From positions 62,001 to 118,214 of the forward strand of contig CAUYUJ010000104.1 of NCBI GenBank assembly GCA_963575745.1: a stretch of DNA of 56,214 nucleotides. Direction: 5' to 3'. This stretch comes from Prorocentrum cordatum. Lineage: Eukaryota. The notes below the pieces were generated by a model. The model worked only from the letters and a program-made list of their open reading frames with translations. It was not told the origin of the DNA and ran no database searches. Of the stretch, positions 22,649-35,180 are shown in pieces. How positions within the stretch are numbered: position 1 is the stretch's first letter; each line of letters begins with the position of its first letter. The position numbers were made by a program, and so were the translations under genes.

Positions 22649-22852
22649 TGAAGTCCAGGTCGGCGCCGAGAACGACGAGGTCGAAGGGGCGCCGAGGGGA
22701 TGCAGCGCGGCGCGAGGCGGTGCACGGGGCCAGCAGCGGCACGCGCGGTGAGCCCCCGCCGAGACCGCGGGGCTGCGGCTCGCGCTGCCGCTGCTGGGGC
22801 AGCCGGGGCGGAAGGGCGCCGCAGTCCGCGTCGGCATGGCGTTCGAGCTCCC
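22649..22852 (-). CDS. Exon of uncharacterised protein (ELERHADADCG...PFDLVVLGADLDF)
   Basis: ctcag|GG acceptor, A|gt donor, phase 1-1. Confidence 0.55.
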
Positions 22853-23033
22853 CTGAGCTGTTCCCTCCCTCCTCCTGGCCAGCGCGGGCGACGGCATGGC
22901 GAAGTGCCGTCGGAGGGTTGCCGGGAGGAGACGGGTTCGGCCAACTGTGGCCAACCAGAAAAAAAAAACCTACGCCTGTCGGGAATTAGGGTGAGCTGGG
23001 CGCTTGGCTTGATAGTTCATCACCGGCCGTGAC

Positions 23034-23273
23034 CCTGAAGCTGGACACCGCAAAGAGCTCCACACATAGAGGAAGGGCGGTTTACAAACTTTGACGCTTC
23101 CATTCGCCCCACCAGCACATTCGCTTCAACGGCTTTCGCCAGCCACACAAATCGTGGGCGAGCCGTGTTCAGGATGCGGCTGTGGCATGTAAAGCCGCAC
23201 ACGGTCGTCTGAAACGCATCCATCAGCAACACGGATGGAGGGCGTCCCGTGTTCACAATTCCCGGACAGCTCT
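23034..23273 (-). CDS. Exon of uncharacterised protein (SCPGIVNTGRPPSVLLMDAFQ...GVQLQ)
   Basis: ctcag| acceptor, G|gt donor; 240 nt open, complex sequence; phase fits both neighbours. Confidence 0.65.
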
Positions 23274-23363
23274 CTGAGAGCTGAGAGGGTTTCAGATTAG
23301 AAGCTGGCAGGCAAAGGTACCCCCGGAGCTAGTGTCAGCTCCTGGCAGAACACCTCGCAGCGC

Positions 23364-23722
23364 CTCCTGTGAGGCTGCAGCATGTTCCTGCAAGCCCTTT
23401 CTGACTGTTCCCCAATACGTGTGCCGTCAAGCTTTCCAGAAGCTCCGTCGGAAGCTCCTTCGAGAAGATGTTGGAAGGTTTTTGGCGCCCCGCTATCCAG
23501 GCTTTGGGCTCCACAAGTGCGGCTATCGCCGTCATGCCGCCTATGCGGATTTTCAAGTCCGCCACCGAGCCCCTGTGGCACGAGGTGGAGTGTCCCCAGA
23601 TCCATTGCCCGATTCCCTGAGCCTCAGCCTTCAATCCTGAGGATTCTTTTGGGCCAGGACTCCATACAGTCGGGCCGCTGAAAGAAGGAACGCTAAATAA
23701 GTAACGAAGCCCCTTCTTGGCC
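23364..23722 (-). CDS. Exon of uncharacterised protein (AKKGLRYLFSVP...ELPTELLESL...CSLTG)
   Basis: ttgcag|G acceptor, G|gc donor; may contain an internal intron. Confidence 0.6.
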
Positions 23723-23809
23723 CTGCAAGCGCCTCCGTGCCCCAGGAGGGGGGCAAGAGGAACAGCACTGGCGGAACCTAAGGAACATCGAGCCCCTTCC
23801 GAACCCAAC

Positions 23810-23896
23810 CTGTTCCTTATTTCAGCGTCTTGACTGTATTCCAAGATATCACGGGGTTCCCCGAGTCTTCTCGCGTGACTTTCGGGGCCTGGCCCC
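23810..23896 (-). CDS. Exon (GPGPESHARRLGEPRDILEYSQDAEIRN)
   Basis: ttcag|G, AG|gt; the only stop-free frame is phase 2, which fixes the frame of the chain. Confidence 0.65.
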
Positions 23897-23981
23897 CTGA
23901 ACACAGGCCAGGAGTGCCCCGAGATGCCCCCAAGGTGGTCCGAGGGGGCCCCGAAGTCCTCGGCAGATCGCTCCAAGACGC

Positions 23982-24077
23982 CTCAGGTAGGAGGACGGAA
24001 AACGTGAAGCCATTCGATCCTTGAAGTAGGAAGGCGCTCGAAAGAAGCTTGGAACATGGGAATCCAGAACTGCCTGC
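23982..24077 (-). CDS. Exon (QAVLDSHVPSFFRAPSYFKDRMASRFPSSYL)
   Basis: ttgcag|G, AG|gc, phase 2-2. Confidence 0.6.
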
Positions 24078-24266
24078 CTGCAACGACCGCCGGGTGCAAG
24101 TTCATGGATGAGGGATTGGTATGCTCGGTGGCCGGTGTGCAGTGCTCGACGTGTGAAGGTTGAGCCCAAGTTGCTACGGAGGCCCAAGTTGCTACAGAGG
24201 CCAGTCGACGTGTGGAGGTTGAGCCCAAGGGGAGGCTGGTGCCTCCCCGATCCATGCCCTGGAGGC

Positions 24267-24299
24267 CTCGGCACGGGTGCGCACGAGAGCAGCACCTGC
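24267..24299 (-). CDS. Exon (QVLLSCAPVP)
   Basis: ttctccccag|G, AG|gc, phase 2-2. Confidence 0.5.
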
Positions 24300-24493
24300 C
24301 TGGGGAGAAAGCTGCACTCGGCGCAGCTGGTCTGGTGGGCTTCTCTTCCACTGCCACCACCACAAATAGGTGGGGGAGGGGGTCCTCTTCCTCCGCTTCC
24401 TCCTCCTCCTCCTCCTCCTCAAACCTTCTTCCCCTCTCCAGCTTCTGGTGGTGGTGGTGGAAAACAGGCGCGTCATGGTCGTTGCTCCGGAGC

Positions 24494-24559
24494 CTCGTGA
24501 GTGCCAGGGGCCCGAACAAGGGAGCGAGGCGCAGTGGACTTCTGCTCTGAAGCCGGGCC
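24494..24559 (-). CDS. Exon (ARLQSRSPLRLAPLFGPLALT)
   Basis: cccag|G, AG|gc, phase 2-2. Confidence 0.5.
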
Positions 24560-25357
24560 CTGGGCCAGAGCAAGTCGGCAGCCAGGCCCTGGTGCCAGGG
24601 CAAGCCGCCACCGTGAGAGAAATGTCGTCTTGCTCGTCGCACCCGAGTGCGGTAGCATTCGAAACACCATGCGCGATTCACGACAGGCAGCTGGCAGCAG
24701 CGTTGGCGCGGAGGCAGCGTTAGGCACAACACGGCGCTGCTGTGACACGTGCCCGAACGAATACGATCCCAGGCCAATGATTCACAACTGGGGGCGTCAA
24801 TGATCAAAAACGGTCGCAGTCACTTCTGAGAAGACGTGGGATGTATGTTGGCAGCACGGCTAGCGCATGCCAGGGTTACTCTGGCCCTCATCCTCTTCCT
24901 TTCTCCTCCCTCGCCTTTCTCATCCCTTCCCCGTTTCCTTCTCCCCCTCCCCCCTGCCGCATCCTCATCCACCGCCTCCTCCTAACCCGTCCTCCCCCCC
25001 GCTCCCTCGCCGCGAGGCCTCCCCCCTCCCCTGAGGCCCGCGCCAATCGTAGGCTTGCACTATGTTGGCGTGGCCTCGGAGCTTCTGGAGCACCTTGTAC
25101 TCCGCCTCTGGGGGAGGGGAGAAGGCCACAAGACGGATCCAAGTGCTTTTGAAGACCCCTCAGGACCTCCCCGAGAAGCCCAAATCAGTCAAACGCCTAG
25201 GGAACACAAATGATGTTGGTCTTCTCGCCTTTTCGCATCTCATGCGCTTTTGAGGCCTCGAGGTGGCCCCACAGTGGCCCAAGAGAGCTCCAAGAAGGGC
25301 CCAAGAGGCCCCCAAGACGGCCCCGAGAGCGAGAGCGCAGCCAACGGATCCAGAGAC

Positions 25358-25440
25358 CTGAGCAGGGCGGCGCGGAATTGCTTCAGAACCAGCTCAACCT
25401 GTGCCAACATGTCGCAAAAATTGGACGCAGCGGAAGCGAA
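25358..25440 (-). CDS. Exon (FASAASNFCDMLAQVELVLKQFRAALL)
   Basis: ctctcag|, AG|gt; amphipathic-helix-like translation. Confidence 0.65.
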
Positions 25441-25697
25441 CTGAGAGGATGACGGGGAGGAGCACGAGGATGACAAGGGGGGGTCATTGGGATCGTCCTC
25501 GGAGGAGGATGGTGGCGATGGTGAGAGCGACGAGGAAGGCCGAGGAGGAAGTAAAAGGGGGTTGAACTCTTGCCTACAACCTCCCTCCACCTCCCTCCAC
25601 CTCCCTCCTCCTACTCTTACTCCTCCTCCTCCTCCTCCGAAGAAGAAGAAGAAGAGCACCACTGTCGACCCACCCTCGCGCCCCCCCGCCCCCCAGC

Positions 25698-25805
25698 CTC
25701 CAAGCGCACGGCGGCCTCGCCGTTCAGCCCGCACTTGACGAGCTGGCTCTGGCCGCCCACCTCCGCCCGGCGGCGGGGCTCGAGCGGCGGCGGGTCCGCG
25801 GCCAC
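25698..25805 (-). CDS. Exon (VAADPPPLEPRRRAEVGGQSQLVKCGLNGEAAVRLE)
   Basis: ccag|G, GAG|gc (alternative donor near 25716), phase 0-0. Confidence 0.55.
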
Positions 25806-26159
25806 CTGGCCTCCCCGAGGGGCCGAGAGACCGGCCAGACGGGCCACGAGGGGGCGCCCCCTGTGTGAAGCGAAGCCTCACGCGGCGTGTGTCCCTCCTC
25901 CACCGCCCGTGGCCGAGTGCCCTCGAGGCCGCCTGCTCCTGGCGCCCTGCAGGCGCCACTCGCACACTGCAAGAGTAAGAGACACAGAGAGACACAGAGA
26001 GAGAGACAGAGAGACGTGCCAGCGCTTGCAGGAGTAAGAGACAGAGAGAGAGAGGGAGATGGGGATGCTGCAAAGTGTGTAGCAAACATCGAGCAATCGA
26101 CACCCTCCCCCCCGACCGCGCGGACGGCGCGAGCAGCGCGCCGTGCTGGCGCGGACGGC

Positions 26160-26252
26160 CTCCGAGGCAGCGTGTTCGATCCGCGGCCCCATACCCTCCT
26201 CCTCCTCCTCCTCCTCCGTCTCCTCGTCGCAGAGGGCTCTGTCCAACTGTGC
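26160..26252 (-). CDS. Exon (AQLDRALCDEETEEEEEEEGMGPRIEHAASE)
   Basis: gcag|G, GAG|gc, phase 0-0. Confidence 0.6.
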
Positions 26253-26759
26253 CTGCCCTGGCCCACCCCCCCCAGTTGCTCTTCGGGAGGCCGGCGGGAA
26301 GGCCGCGTGGCAGGAACGGAGGACCGGAGAGCTGCGGCATGATGAGCGCAGGGGGGAGGAGGAGAAGGAGCGAAGAGGAGCGAGGAAGAGGGGAAGAGGA
26401 GAAGGAGGAGGAGGAGGATGAGGATGAGGAGAGGGAGGAGGAGGAGGAGGAGGAGGAGGAGGAGGAGGAGGAGGAGGTGAGGGGGAGGAGGAGGAGGAGG
26501 AGGAGGAGGAGGAGGAGGAGGAGGAGGAGGAGGAGGAGGAGGAGGAGGAGGTGGAGGGAGGAGAAAGAGGAGGAGGAGACGAGGACCAGTGCAGACCCAA
26601 GACGCGTCAATGATGTTGCCAAGTTCCCTCTTCACAGGCCCCCACAACATTCCCGCTAGCCCTATGGGCGACAGGCGGTCTACGGGGATACTTCTTTCCT
26701 CGTCCTAAAGAACCCCTCTCCCCCTCTGGGGGGGGGTCCATTATTCCCTATAAATATAC

Positions 26760-29350
26760 ACCCCCTCCCTCAGGCGACCGGAGCCAACCAGGCACCATGC
26801 CGACACCATGCCCCCCCGCCCCCCGCCATCCTTGTCAAAAACAATACAAACAACACTCTGCCTCCACATTTGGAGCATGCGCGGCCAACCCGATGCGGCC
26901 CCCGCCACCATCCCTGTCAAAAACCAATGCAAAGCACACTTTGGGGCAAAGTCTTGAGTCACGTTCGTGAGGCCCGCGAGCACTTCGTATTGTTTTGGAT
27001 AAGGACGGCGGGGGTGTCAGCATATTCCCTGCTGCGCGCAGGGCTACCATCCCCGACACAAAAATCAATACAGCATGCACCTCGCGGCTAAATCTGGATC
27101 ATGCGCGGCCATCCTGCTATCACTGTCAAATGGTCTTGACAGGGACGGCGGGGGTGGTGGCGAATGGCCTGCTGTGCGCAGGGCCAGCAGACACAATGAT
27201 GGGCATCGGTTTTCGACAAGGATGGCGGGGGCCGACATGTTTCCCGATGTGTGCTGCCACCTGCGCATGCGCCCCTGACGCACTCTGCACGTGCCCCGCA
27301 CGCGGCGCACCTGGCGCGGCGGGAGTGTGCGGCACACCTGGCGCACTCGGAGCACGTGGCGCATCTGGCGCACCAGGCGTGCCTCGCACGCTCGGGCCCC
27401 AGCGGTGCCTGGCGCGCGTGGCGCACCTCGCCCAAACGTCGCGCACCTGGGGCCGGCGTTGGTTCCCAATAGCTGCCCATCCAAAGACGACCGCTGAACA
27501 TGCTCAGGCCCGGGTACTATGTATAGGGAGGGCGGGTGGGAGTGAGCTAGACGGCTTGCGGGCGGGTGGTTGTCTTGACCCCTCCCCCTACCCCTTACCC
27601 TGGACCTGGACGGGGGGGGGGTCGCAAGCGGTCAGGGCGTCCAAGATGACCTTAGATGGCCCCAAGAGGACCTCAGAAAGCCCAAAATGGCCTCCAAGAT
27701 CGCTCAAGATAGCCCAACATGTATCAAGATAGCTAACGACATACCTCCAAGAGGCCCCAAGAAGGCCACAAGACGGATCCAAGTGCTTTTGGAGAGACCC
27801 CTCAGGACCTCCCCGAGAAGCCAAAATTGTTCAAACACCTATGGAAAACCAATGATTTTGGCGTTCTCGCCTTTTCGCTTCCGATGCGCGTTTGTGGCCT
27901 CAAGATGGCCCCAAGATCGCCCAAAAGAGCTCCAAGAAGGGCCCAACAGGCCCCCAAGACGGCCCCAAGAGCGCCCGAGATCGCCCCCAGAGGGCCCCAA
28001 GAGGCCATTTTGATGGTCCGAGAGGGGGCCAAACGTTAGGATCCCCCCTCTTGTCACCGACACCCTCCACGACAGCCCCAAGAGGCCCTCCGAAGCTCCC
28101 AGGAGAGGTCCAAGCCAGCCCCAAGAGGGCCCCAAGAGGGGTCCCAAGAGGGCCACAAGACGTCCCAAAAGAGCCCCAAGAAGACCCCAAGACCCCCCAA
28201 AAAGCCCCCCAAGATGCCCCGAGTGAGCCTCAAGAGGACCCCAAGACGCCCCTCCAAAATCGGCAAATCTCCAAGAAGGCCTCTGATGCTCCAAGTTAGT
28301 CCCCAACATGGCTCAACACGTTCCTCCCCCTCCTCTCGTTTTAACAACTCCGTTTCACTATATTTAGATCGGGCATGTCCCCCTACAGGCGGATGTTGTT
28401 CAAAAAGTCAAAAATACGAAAACATTGCGCATGAATGACCACAAATATACAAAACGTCGTCCCCATATGATTTGTCCGACTATGTTTGAAATTTCCTCCA
28501 ATAGAGGGACATGCCCGATTTAACACTATATGCGTCTCTGCTTTCCGTTTCCCGTCAGCTCTCGTGGGCAGGGTTCCTGACTGGGCTGGCGGGGACTCGC
28601 GAAGCGTAAGCAATTGATTTTTAGTGTGGGGAGTGGCCCACCAGCCCCTTAGGGCGCGAGTGGACTAGAGCGCTTCCTCTCCCAATCCCCCTAAAGGATG
28701 GGTTTTCGGACGTTTGCGAGTAGGCACTTTGCAGTAGGGGAACGCGCTCGGCGAAAATGATCGATGCTCCTTATTGATAAACACCCCCTCCCCCACCCGT
28801 CTGTGGGCCAACCCGGGACATGCCCCCACAAAAAAAAACAAGTACTCTGTCTGCAAATGTCGAGCATGCACGGGCGCCCCGCAATCACTCTGCATTGGTC
28901 TTGACAGGGACGGCAGGGGTGCCGGCATGCTGTGTTGCGCGCAAGTTGCGCGCAAGCCGTTCGTCCAGATCAAACAGCAATACAGAATGCACTGTGCCTC
29001 CAAATCTAGAGCATGCGCGGGCGCCCCGCGACCACTCGGCGAGCGCCATGCGACCACTCTGCATAGGTTTTTGACAGGGATGGCGGGGGTGCCAACATAT
29101 TCTCTGCTGCGCGCAGGCACACCATCCCGGTCAAAGGACAAGACAGAATCCACCCGGTGGTGGCTGTGCGATGGCGCACCTCGCACGCAATGCGCGCGCC
29201 GAGCACGCAGCGCACCCGGCGCGGCTGGACGTCGTGGCGCACTTGGCACACTTGCCGCGCTCCGCGCTCGTGGGCCTCCGGGGTGCCCGGTGCTCTCGAG
29301 CCCGTGGCGCACGTGGCATGCGCGGCGTTCCTCGGCGACGTGCTGAGACT
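26760..29350. repeat. Direct-repeat pair (~26760-27480 and ~28800-29350)
   Basis: Shared TTGACAGGGA(C/T)GGCGGGGGT modules and GGCGCACCT tail. Confidence 0.7.
27640..28300. repeat. GGCCCCAAGA 10-11-mer dispersed repeat; also ~25120-25325, 29610-30100, 42590-42920, 49600-50150
   Basis: Recurrent CCAAGA units; 25120-25320 aligns with 27760-27970. Confidence 0.85.
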
Positions 29351-31637
29351 CGGGTGTTACTGGCCACTGCTCGGACGTCCATTCCCTGTGTTTGTTTCGG
29401 TTTCGTGCGTGCGTTTTTTTCGCCAAATGATCAAGGATGCTCCTCGATGGCCCTCGCCGAAAGAAAACTGCACACGTCCGGGCGATGCCAGGATTGCTTC
29501 TGTGTTGGGACGGCAGGCGGGAGTGAGCGAGACGGCGCGCGGTCCTGGGGGGCCTCGACCGCTCCTCCCCCCCTCCCCCTGGCTCTGGGCGGGGCCTCCC
29601 GCCAGAGGTTGGAGCGTCCAAGATGGCCTCAGCGCAGAAGGCAGCACCACTGATGTTCCTAAGGTTTTTGGTGCATGCTGGCCTCCTGGGGGGGAGGCCC
29701 TAATTCAGACGCCACCCTCCTTTGGTCGGTCTCTTCCAAGATGACCCCAAGATGGCCACCGATGCTCCCAGGAGTGCCCCAAGAGGTGCCCCCAGGAGGT
29801 CCCAGGAAACCCGCCAAAATGCCCCCAAGAGGCTCCCCAAAGGCCCCCCAGGAGCACCGAAAACGCCCCCAGAGCACTCGGCGAGAAGGCCAACATCATC
29901 AATTGTACCTAGGTGTTGGCCGCAGGTTGGCCTCCTGGGTGGGGGCCAAATTGAGGAGCCATCGATCTGTTCCAAGATGGCCCCGAAATTGCCCCCGAGC
30001 CTCGCGAAGGTGCCCCAAGACGGCCCCAAGAGGTGCCCAGGATACCCTATGAGGCCCTCAAGAGGGCCCCAAAGCGCCGCCAAGAGGAGCCCAAGACGCC
30101 CCTTTGGCTGGGATGGTATGAGTTCATATTTCGGATGGGCGGTGGGACGAACTCATGAGTAAACTGCAATACGGAACAGATGGCCCGTTCAATCCAAGAG
30201 GGCAGATCCCAATACTCTCTTAGATCGGAAAGCATACGAAGTGCAGCTCACGTGGAGCAATATATGTGGCGCAATTCACAGGTGGACCTCGCAATGTCAA
30301 CTCCACTGTTCGCGCAATGATCCCACACACATGCCAGCAACTTGGATTGTAAAACGCATGCGGCGGCGATTGCGATGAATGCTTGGCGGTGGCTGCTGCA
30401 TCAATGCAGCCACGCTAGCCCGCGCATGCTCGCGCGCGCAGCGGCCAGCGAGTGTGGAGCGACCGACGCGGCCGCGGTGGCGTTGACCTCTAGGCACTTC
30501 CTAGCGGGCACTTCAGTGCGAGTCGGCGAAATGGGCGGGCGCGGTATCATGGCAACGTCGACAACGGTGGACACGATGCTGGCTGGTAGTAGCGACGCTG
30601 GCGACGATGATGACAAAAGCGACGGCACGGTCAGTGACGGCGCCGATGCTGACCAAGCCGACGACGACGACGACGTCGTCCGCGCGTCGGTGATGAAGGT
30701 TCTGGAAGCAGTGAGACACGCGCGTACCGCCGACGCGCGAGTGGTCCGCATGGTCACACTTAACACGGATCGTGCCCCCCAGTACGCGCGCAAGGGCGTT
30801 CGGATGATGCCGACATGCGGCGCGAAAAGACCCGTTTGGTAGAATTGAATACACATTGTCAAGAAATTGATGGTTCTCAAGAATTCACAAAACAGCGAGC
30901 GCAATTGTGCTGACAAAAACTGGTGTTGCAAAACCATATGTGACTATATGTGTTCGGGGCACTCGCATCTGAAGTCCGTACGAAACCTACGGTGTGTGAA
31001 AGATTCCGGCATGAGCGCGCGACGACACGCGCGCGTGCACTTCGTTCCGCTTTGGCATGGGACTCTTGCGAATGCCCGCGCGCAGGGGTTTTCGAAAGAT
31101 TTCGACATACGCGCGCGAGAGACCCATTTGGAAGCATTATATGAACATGTTGAAAGGCCGATGGTTTCCAAAGGATCCGCAAGAGCGAGACCGCAAACTT
31201 TTTTGTTCCCAGCCATCCTGTGGTTTTGGGTCCTCGTTTTGAAGAAACGGTCCCCGCGTTCACTCCACCTCCTGCTCATCCCGCTGCCACTCAATCCTCC
31301 TCGCATCATCAACATCATCATCGTCATCATCGACATCCTCATCATCATCAGCAGCATCATCACCATCATCATCATCATCATCGTCCCCAGAATTGTTATC
31401 ATCATCAACATCATCACCATCATCAGCATCGTCAGCTTCATCATCATTATCATCAGCATCATCATCGGCATGCCCGTCATCACCATCCCCACCACCACCA
31501 TCATCATCATCATCATCCGACTCAGCATCATCATCATCCGACTCAGCATCATCATCAGCAGCAGCAGCATCATCATCATCATCAGCATCATCATCAGCAG
31601 CAGCAGCAGCATCACCACCACCACCACCACCACCACC

Positions 31638-34600
31638 GCCACACCCAGTACAGCGTTTCGTAAACCCATAGGGAGCTCCACCGAAGGCCCCAATGGGGGT
31701 GCCCGCATGCGTCCGCCACACCTAGCACAGAGTTTCGCTGTCCCATAGGGAGCTCCACCGAAAGCCCCAGTGGGGGTGCCCGCATGCGCCCGCCACACCG
31801 AGTACAGCGCTTCGTGGCCCCATAGGGAGCTCCACCGAAGGCCCCGGGTAGGGGTGCCCGCATGCGTCCGCCACACCTAGTACAGAGTTTCGCTGCCCCA
31901 CGAGGAGCTTCGCCGAAGGCCCCAATGGGGCTGCCCGCATGCGCCCGCCACGTCCAGCACAGCGTTTCGTGGACCCATAGGGGGCTCCACCGAAGGCGCC
32001 AATGGGGGTGCCCGCATGCGCCCGCCACGTCCAGTACAACGCTCCGTGGCCGCATGGGGGAGCTCCACCGAAGGCCTCAGTGGGGGTGCCCGCATGCGCC
32101 CGCCACACCAAGTACAGAGCTCCGTGGACTCATGGGGAGATCCACCGAAAGCACCACTGGGGGAGCCCGTATACGCCCGCCACACCCAGTACAGCGCTTC
32201 CTGGCCCCAGTTGGGGGTGCCCGCATGCGTCCGCCACACACAGTACAGTGGTTCGCTGCCCCATGGGGAGCTTCACCGAAGGCCTCAGTGGGAGTGCCCG
32301 TATGCGCCCGCCACGTCCAGCACAGCGTTTCGTGGCCCCATGGGGGAGCTCCACCGAAGGCCCCAGTGGGGGTGCCCGCATGCGTCCGCCACACACAGCG
32401 CAGTGTTTTGCTGCCCCAGAGGGAGCTCCACCGAAGGCCACAGTGGGGGATGCCCGCACGCGGCCGCCACACCCAGTACAGCGCTTCGTGGCCCCATAGG
32501 GAGCTCCACCGAAGGCCCCAGTGGGGGTGCCCGCAAGCGTCCGCCACACTCAGTACTGCGTTTCGTTGCCACATGGGAGCGCCACCGAAGGCCCCAGTGG
32601 GGGCGCCCGCACGCGCCCGCCACACTCAGTACAGAGCTTCGTGGCCCCATGGGGAGCTCCACCGAAAGCACCAGTGGGGGTGCCCGCATGCTTCCGCCCA
32701 CCAAGTACAATGTTGCGTTGCCCCATTGGGGGCTCCACCGAAGGCCCCAGTGGGAGTGCCCGTATGCGCCCGCCAGGTCCAGCACAGCGTTTCGTGGCCC
32801 CATCGGGAACTCCACCGAAGGCCCCAAAAGGGCTGCGTGCATGCGGCCGCCACACGCAGTACAGCGCGTCGTGGCCCCATAGGGGGCTCCACCGAAGGCG
32901 CCAATGGGGGTACCCGCATGCGTCCGCCACACCCAGTACAGCGTTTCGTGGCCCCATGGGGAGCTCCACCGAAGGCCCCAGTGGGGGTGTCCGCATGCGC
33001 CCGCCACACCCAGTGCAGCGTTTCGCTGCCCCAGAGGGAGCTCCACCGAAGGCTCCAGTGGGGGTGCCCGCATGCGCCTGCCACACCAAGTACAGAGCTC
33101 AATGGTCCCATAGGGAGCTCCACCGAAGGCCCCAGTGGGGGGGCCGCATGCCTCCGCCACACCCACTGCAATGGTTCGTTGCCCCGTTGGGGGCTCCACC
33201 GACGGCCCCGGTGAGGGGGGGGGGGGCGCAGGCGCCCACCACACCCAGTACAGCGCTTCGTGGCCCCATCGGGAGCTCCACCGAAGACCCCAACGTCGGT
33301 GCCCGCACGTGCCCGCCACACCAAGTACAGCGCTTCGTGGCCCCATCGGGAGCTCCACCGAAGGGCCCAGTGAGGGTGTCCGCACGCGTCCGCCACACAC
33401 AGTACAGCGCTCCGTGCCCCCATAAGGAGCTCCACCGACGGCCCCAATGGGGGTGCCCGCATGCGCCCGCCACACCCAGTACTGCGTTTCGTTGCCCCAT
33501 GGGAGCGCCACCGAAGGCCCCAGTGGGGGCGCCCGCATGCGCCCGCCACACCCAGCACAGCGTTTCGTGACCCCATGGGGAGCTCTGCTAAGGTCCCAGT
33601 GGCGCAGCCCGCGTGCGCCTGCCACACCCAATACAGCGCTTCGTGGCCCCACAGGGAGCTCCACCTACGGCCCCAGTGGCGCAGCCCGCATGTTTTCCCA
33701 CACAGTACAGCGCGTCTTGGCCCCATAGGGAACTCCACAGACGGTCTCAATGCCGCAGCCCGCAACGTTTCGTGGCCCATATGGAGCCCCAACGCAATGG
33801 CGCAGTCTGCATGCGTCGTGCCGCCAACCCAGTGCAGCGTGTCGTGGACCTACAAGGGGGCTCCACCGCAGCGGCGAAGACGGCACCTACAACTGCGGTA
33901 TTCGCAACTGCATATGGTCGCGTGCTTCGCTAGGCTATTTTCCCCAACCATCATGTGGTGTTGGGTCTTCGTTTTGAGAAAACAACGCCCCGCATCCTCA
34001 CTCCCACCGCTGCCCCCATTCTTCCCATCCCCCTCCTCCAATCACCCCCATACTTTGGCACACTCCTCACACGTGTCGTGGCCCTTGAAGGGCTCCACCG
34101 AAGGCCCAATGGGGGTGCCCGCATGCGTCCGCCACACCCGATACAGCGCTTCGTAGCCCCATAGGGAGCTCCACCGAAGGCCCCAGTGGGGGGGGGGGCC
34201 GCACGCGCCCGCCACACCCAGCACAGCGCTTCGTGGCCCCATGGGAAGCTTCACCGAAGGCCCTAATGGGGGTGCCCGCATGCGTCCGCCACACCCAATA
34301 TAACACTTCGTGGCCCCAGAGGGAGCTCCACCGGAGGCTCCAGTGGGGGTGCCCGCATGCGTCCGCCACACCCAGTACAGCGCTTCGTGGCCCCATCGGG
34401 AGCTCCACCGGAGACCCCAATGTGGGTGCCCGCATGCGCCCGTCACGCCAAGTACAGCGCTTCGTGGCCCCATAGGGAGCTCCGCCGAAGGCCCTAGTGT
34501 GGGTGCCCGTATGCGTCCGCCACACACAGTACAGCGCTCCGTGGCCCCATAGGGAGCGCCACCGAAAGCCCCAATGGGAGACCCGCACGCGTCCACCACA

Positions 34601-35180
34601 CCCAATACAACGCTTCGTGGCCCCAGAGGGAGCTCCACCGAAGGCCACAGTGGGGGATGCCCGCATGCGTCCGCCACGCCCAGTACAGCGTTCCGTGGCC
34701 CCATAGGGAGCTCCACCGAAAACCCCAATGGGGGTGCCCGCATGCGTCCGCCCGCATGCGTCCGCCACACCCAGTACTGCGCTGAATTGCCCCATGGGAA
34801 GCTTCACCGGAGGCCCTAATGGGGGTGCCCGCATGCGTCCGCCACACCCACTACAGCGTTTCGTGGCCCAAGAAGGGAGCCCCACCGAAGGCCCCAATGG
34901 GGGTGCCCGTTTGCGCCTGCCACACCCAGTACAGCGTTTCGTAGCCCCATACGGAAGCTCCTCCAAAGGCCCCAGGTAGGGCTGCCCGCATGCGTGACCA
35001 CATTCAGTAAAATGTTTCGGTGCCCCATAGGGAGCTCCACCGCCACACCCAGTACAGCGCTTCGTGGCCCCATCAGAAGCCCCACCGAATGCCCCATTGA
35101 GGGTGGCCACATGCGTCCGCCACAGGCTTCGCGCAGGGAGCGCAGAAGGGAACCAATTAAAAGCTCCGTCGAAGGCCCCA
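31638..35180. repeat. ~77-bp GC-rich satellite, ~40 copies, interrupted at ~33780-34075
   Basis: Unit GTGGCCCCATAGGGAGCTCCACCGAAGGCCCCAGTGGGGGTGCCCGCATGCGTCCGCCACACCCAGTACAGCGCTTC. Confidence 0.95.

Noticed and set aside
26581..26620. Exon ELGNIIDASW
   Set aside because: Homologous to the reverse complement of ~54715-54750, so it is a dispersed repeat edge.
28559..28605. Plus-strand exon-like segment (cag|...|gtaag)
   Set aside because: Isolated; no partner exons on the + strand; lies antisense in an intron. Not fully excluded.
28728..28746. Minus-strand micro-exon AFPYCK
   Set aside because: Not needed; the phase-0 join 38038 to 26252 reads better.
31638..35180. Long ORFs in several frames, or a CRISPR array
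   Set aside because: Tandem 77-bp units with no unique spacers; the ORFs reflect a stop-poor repeat.
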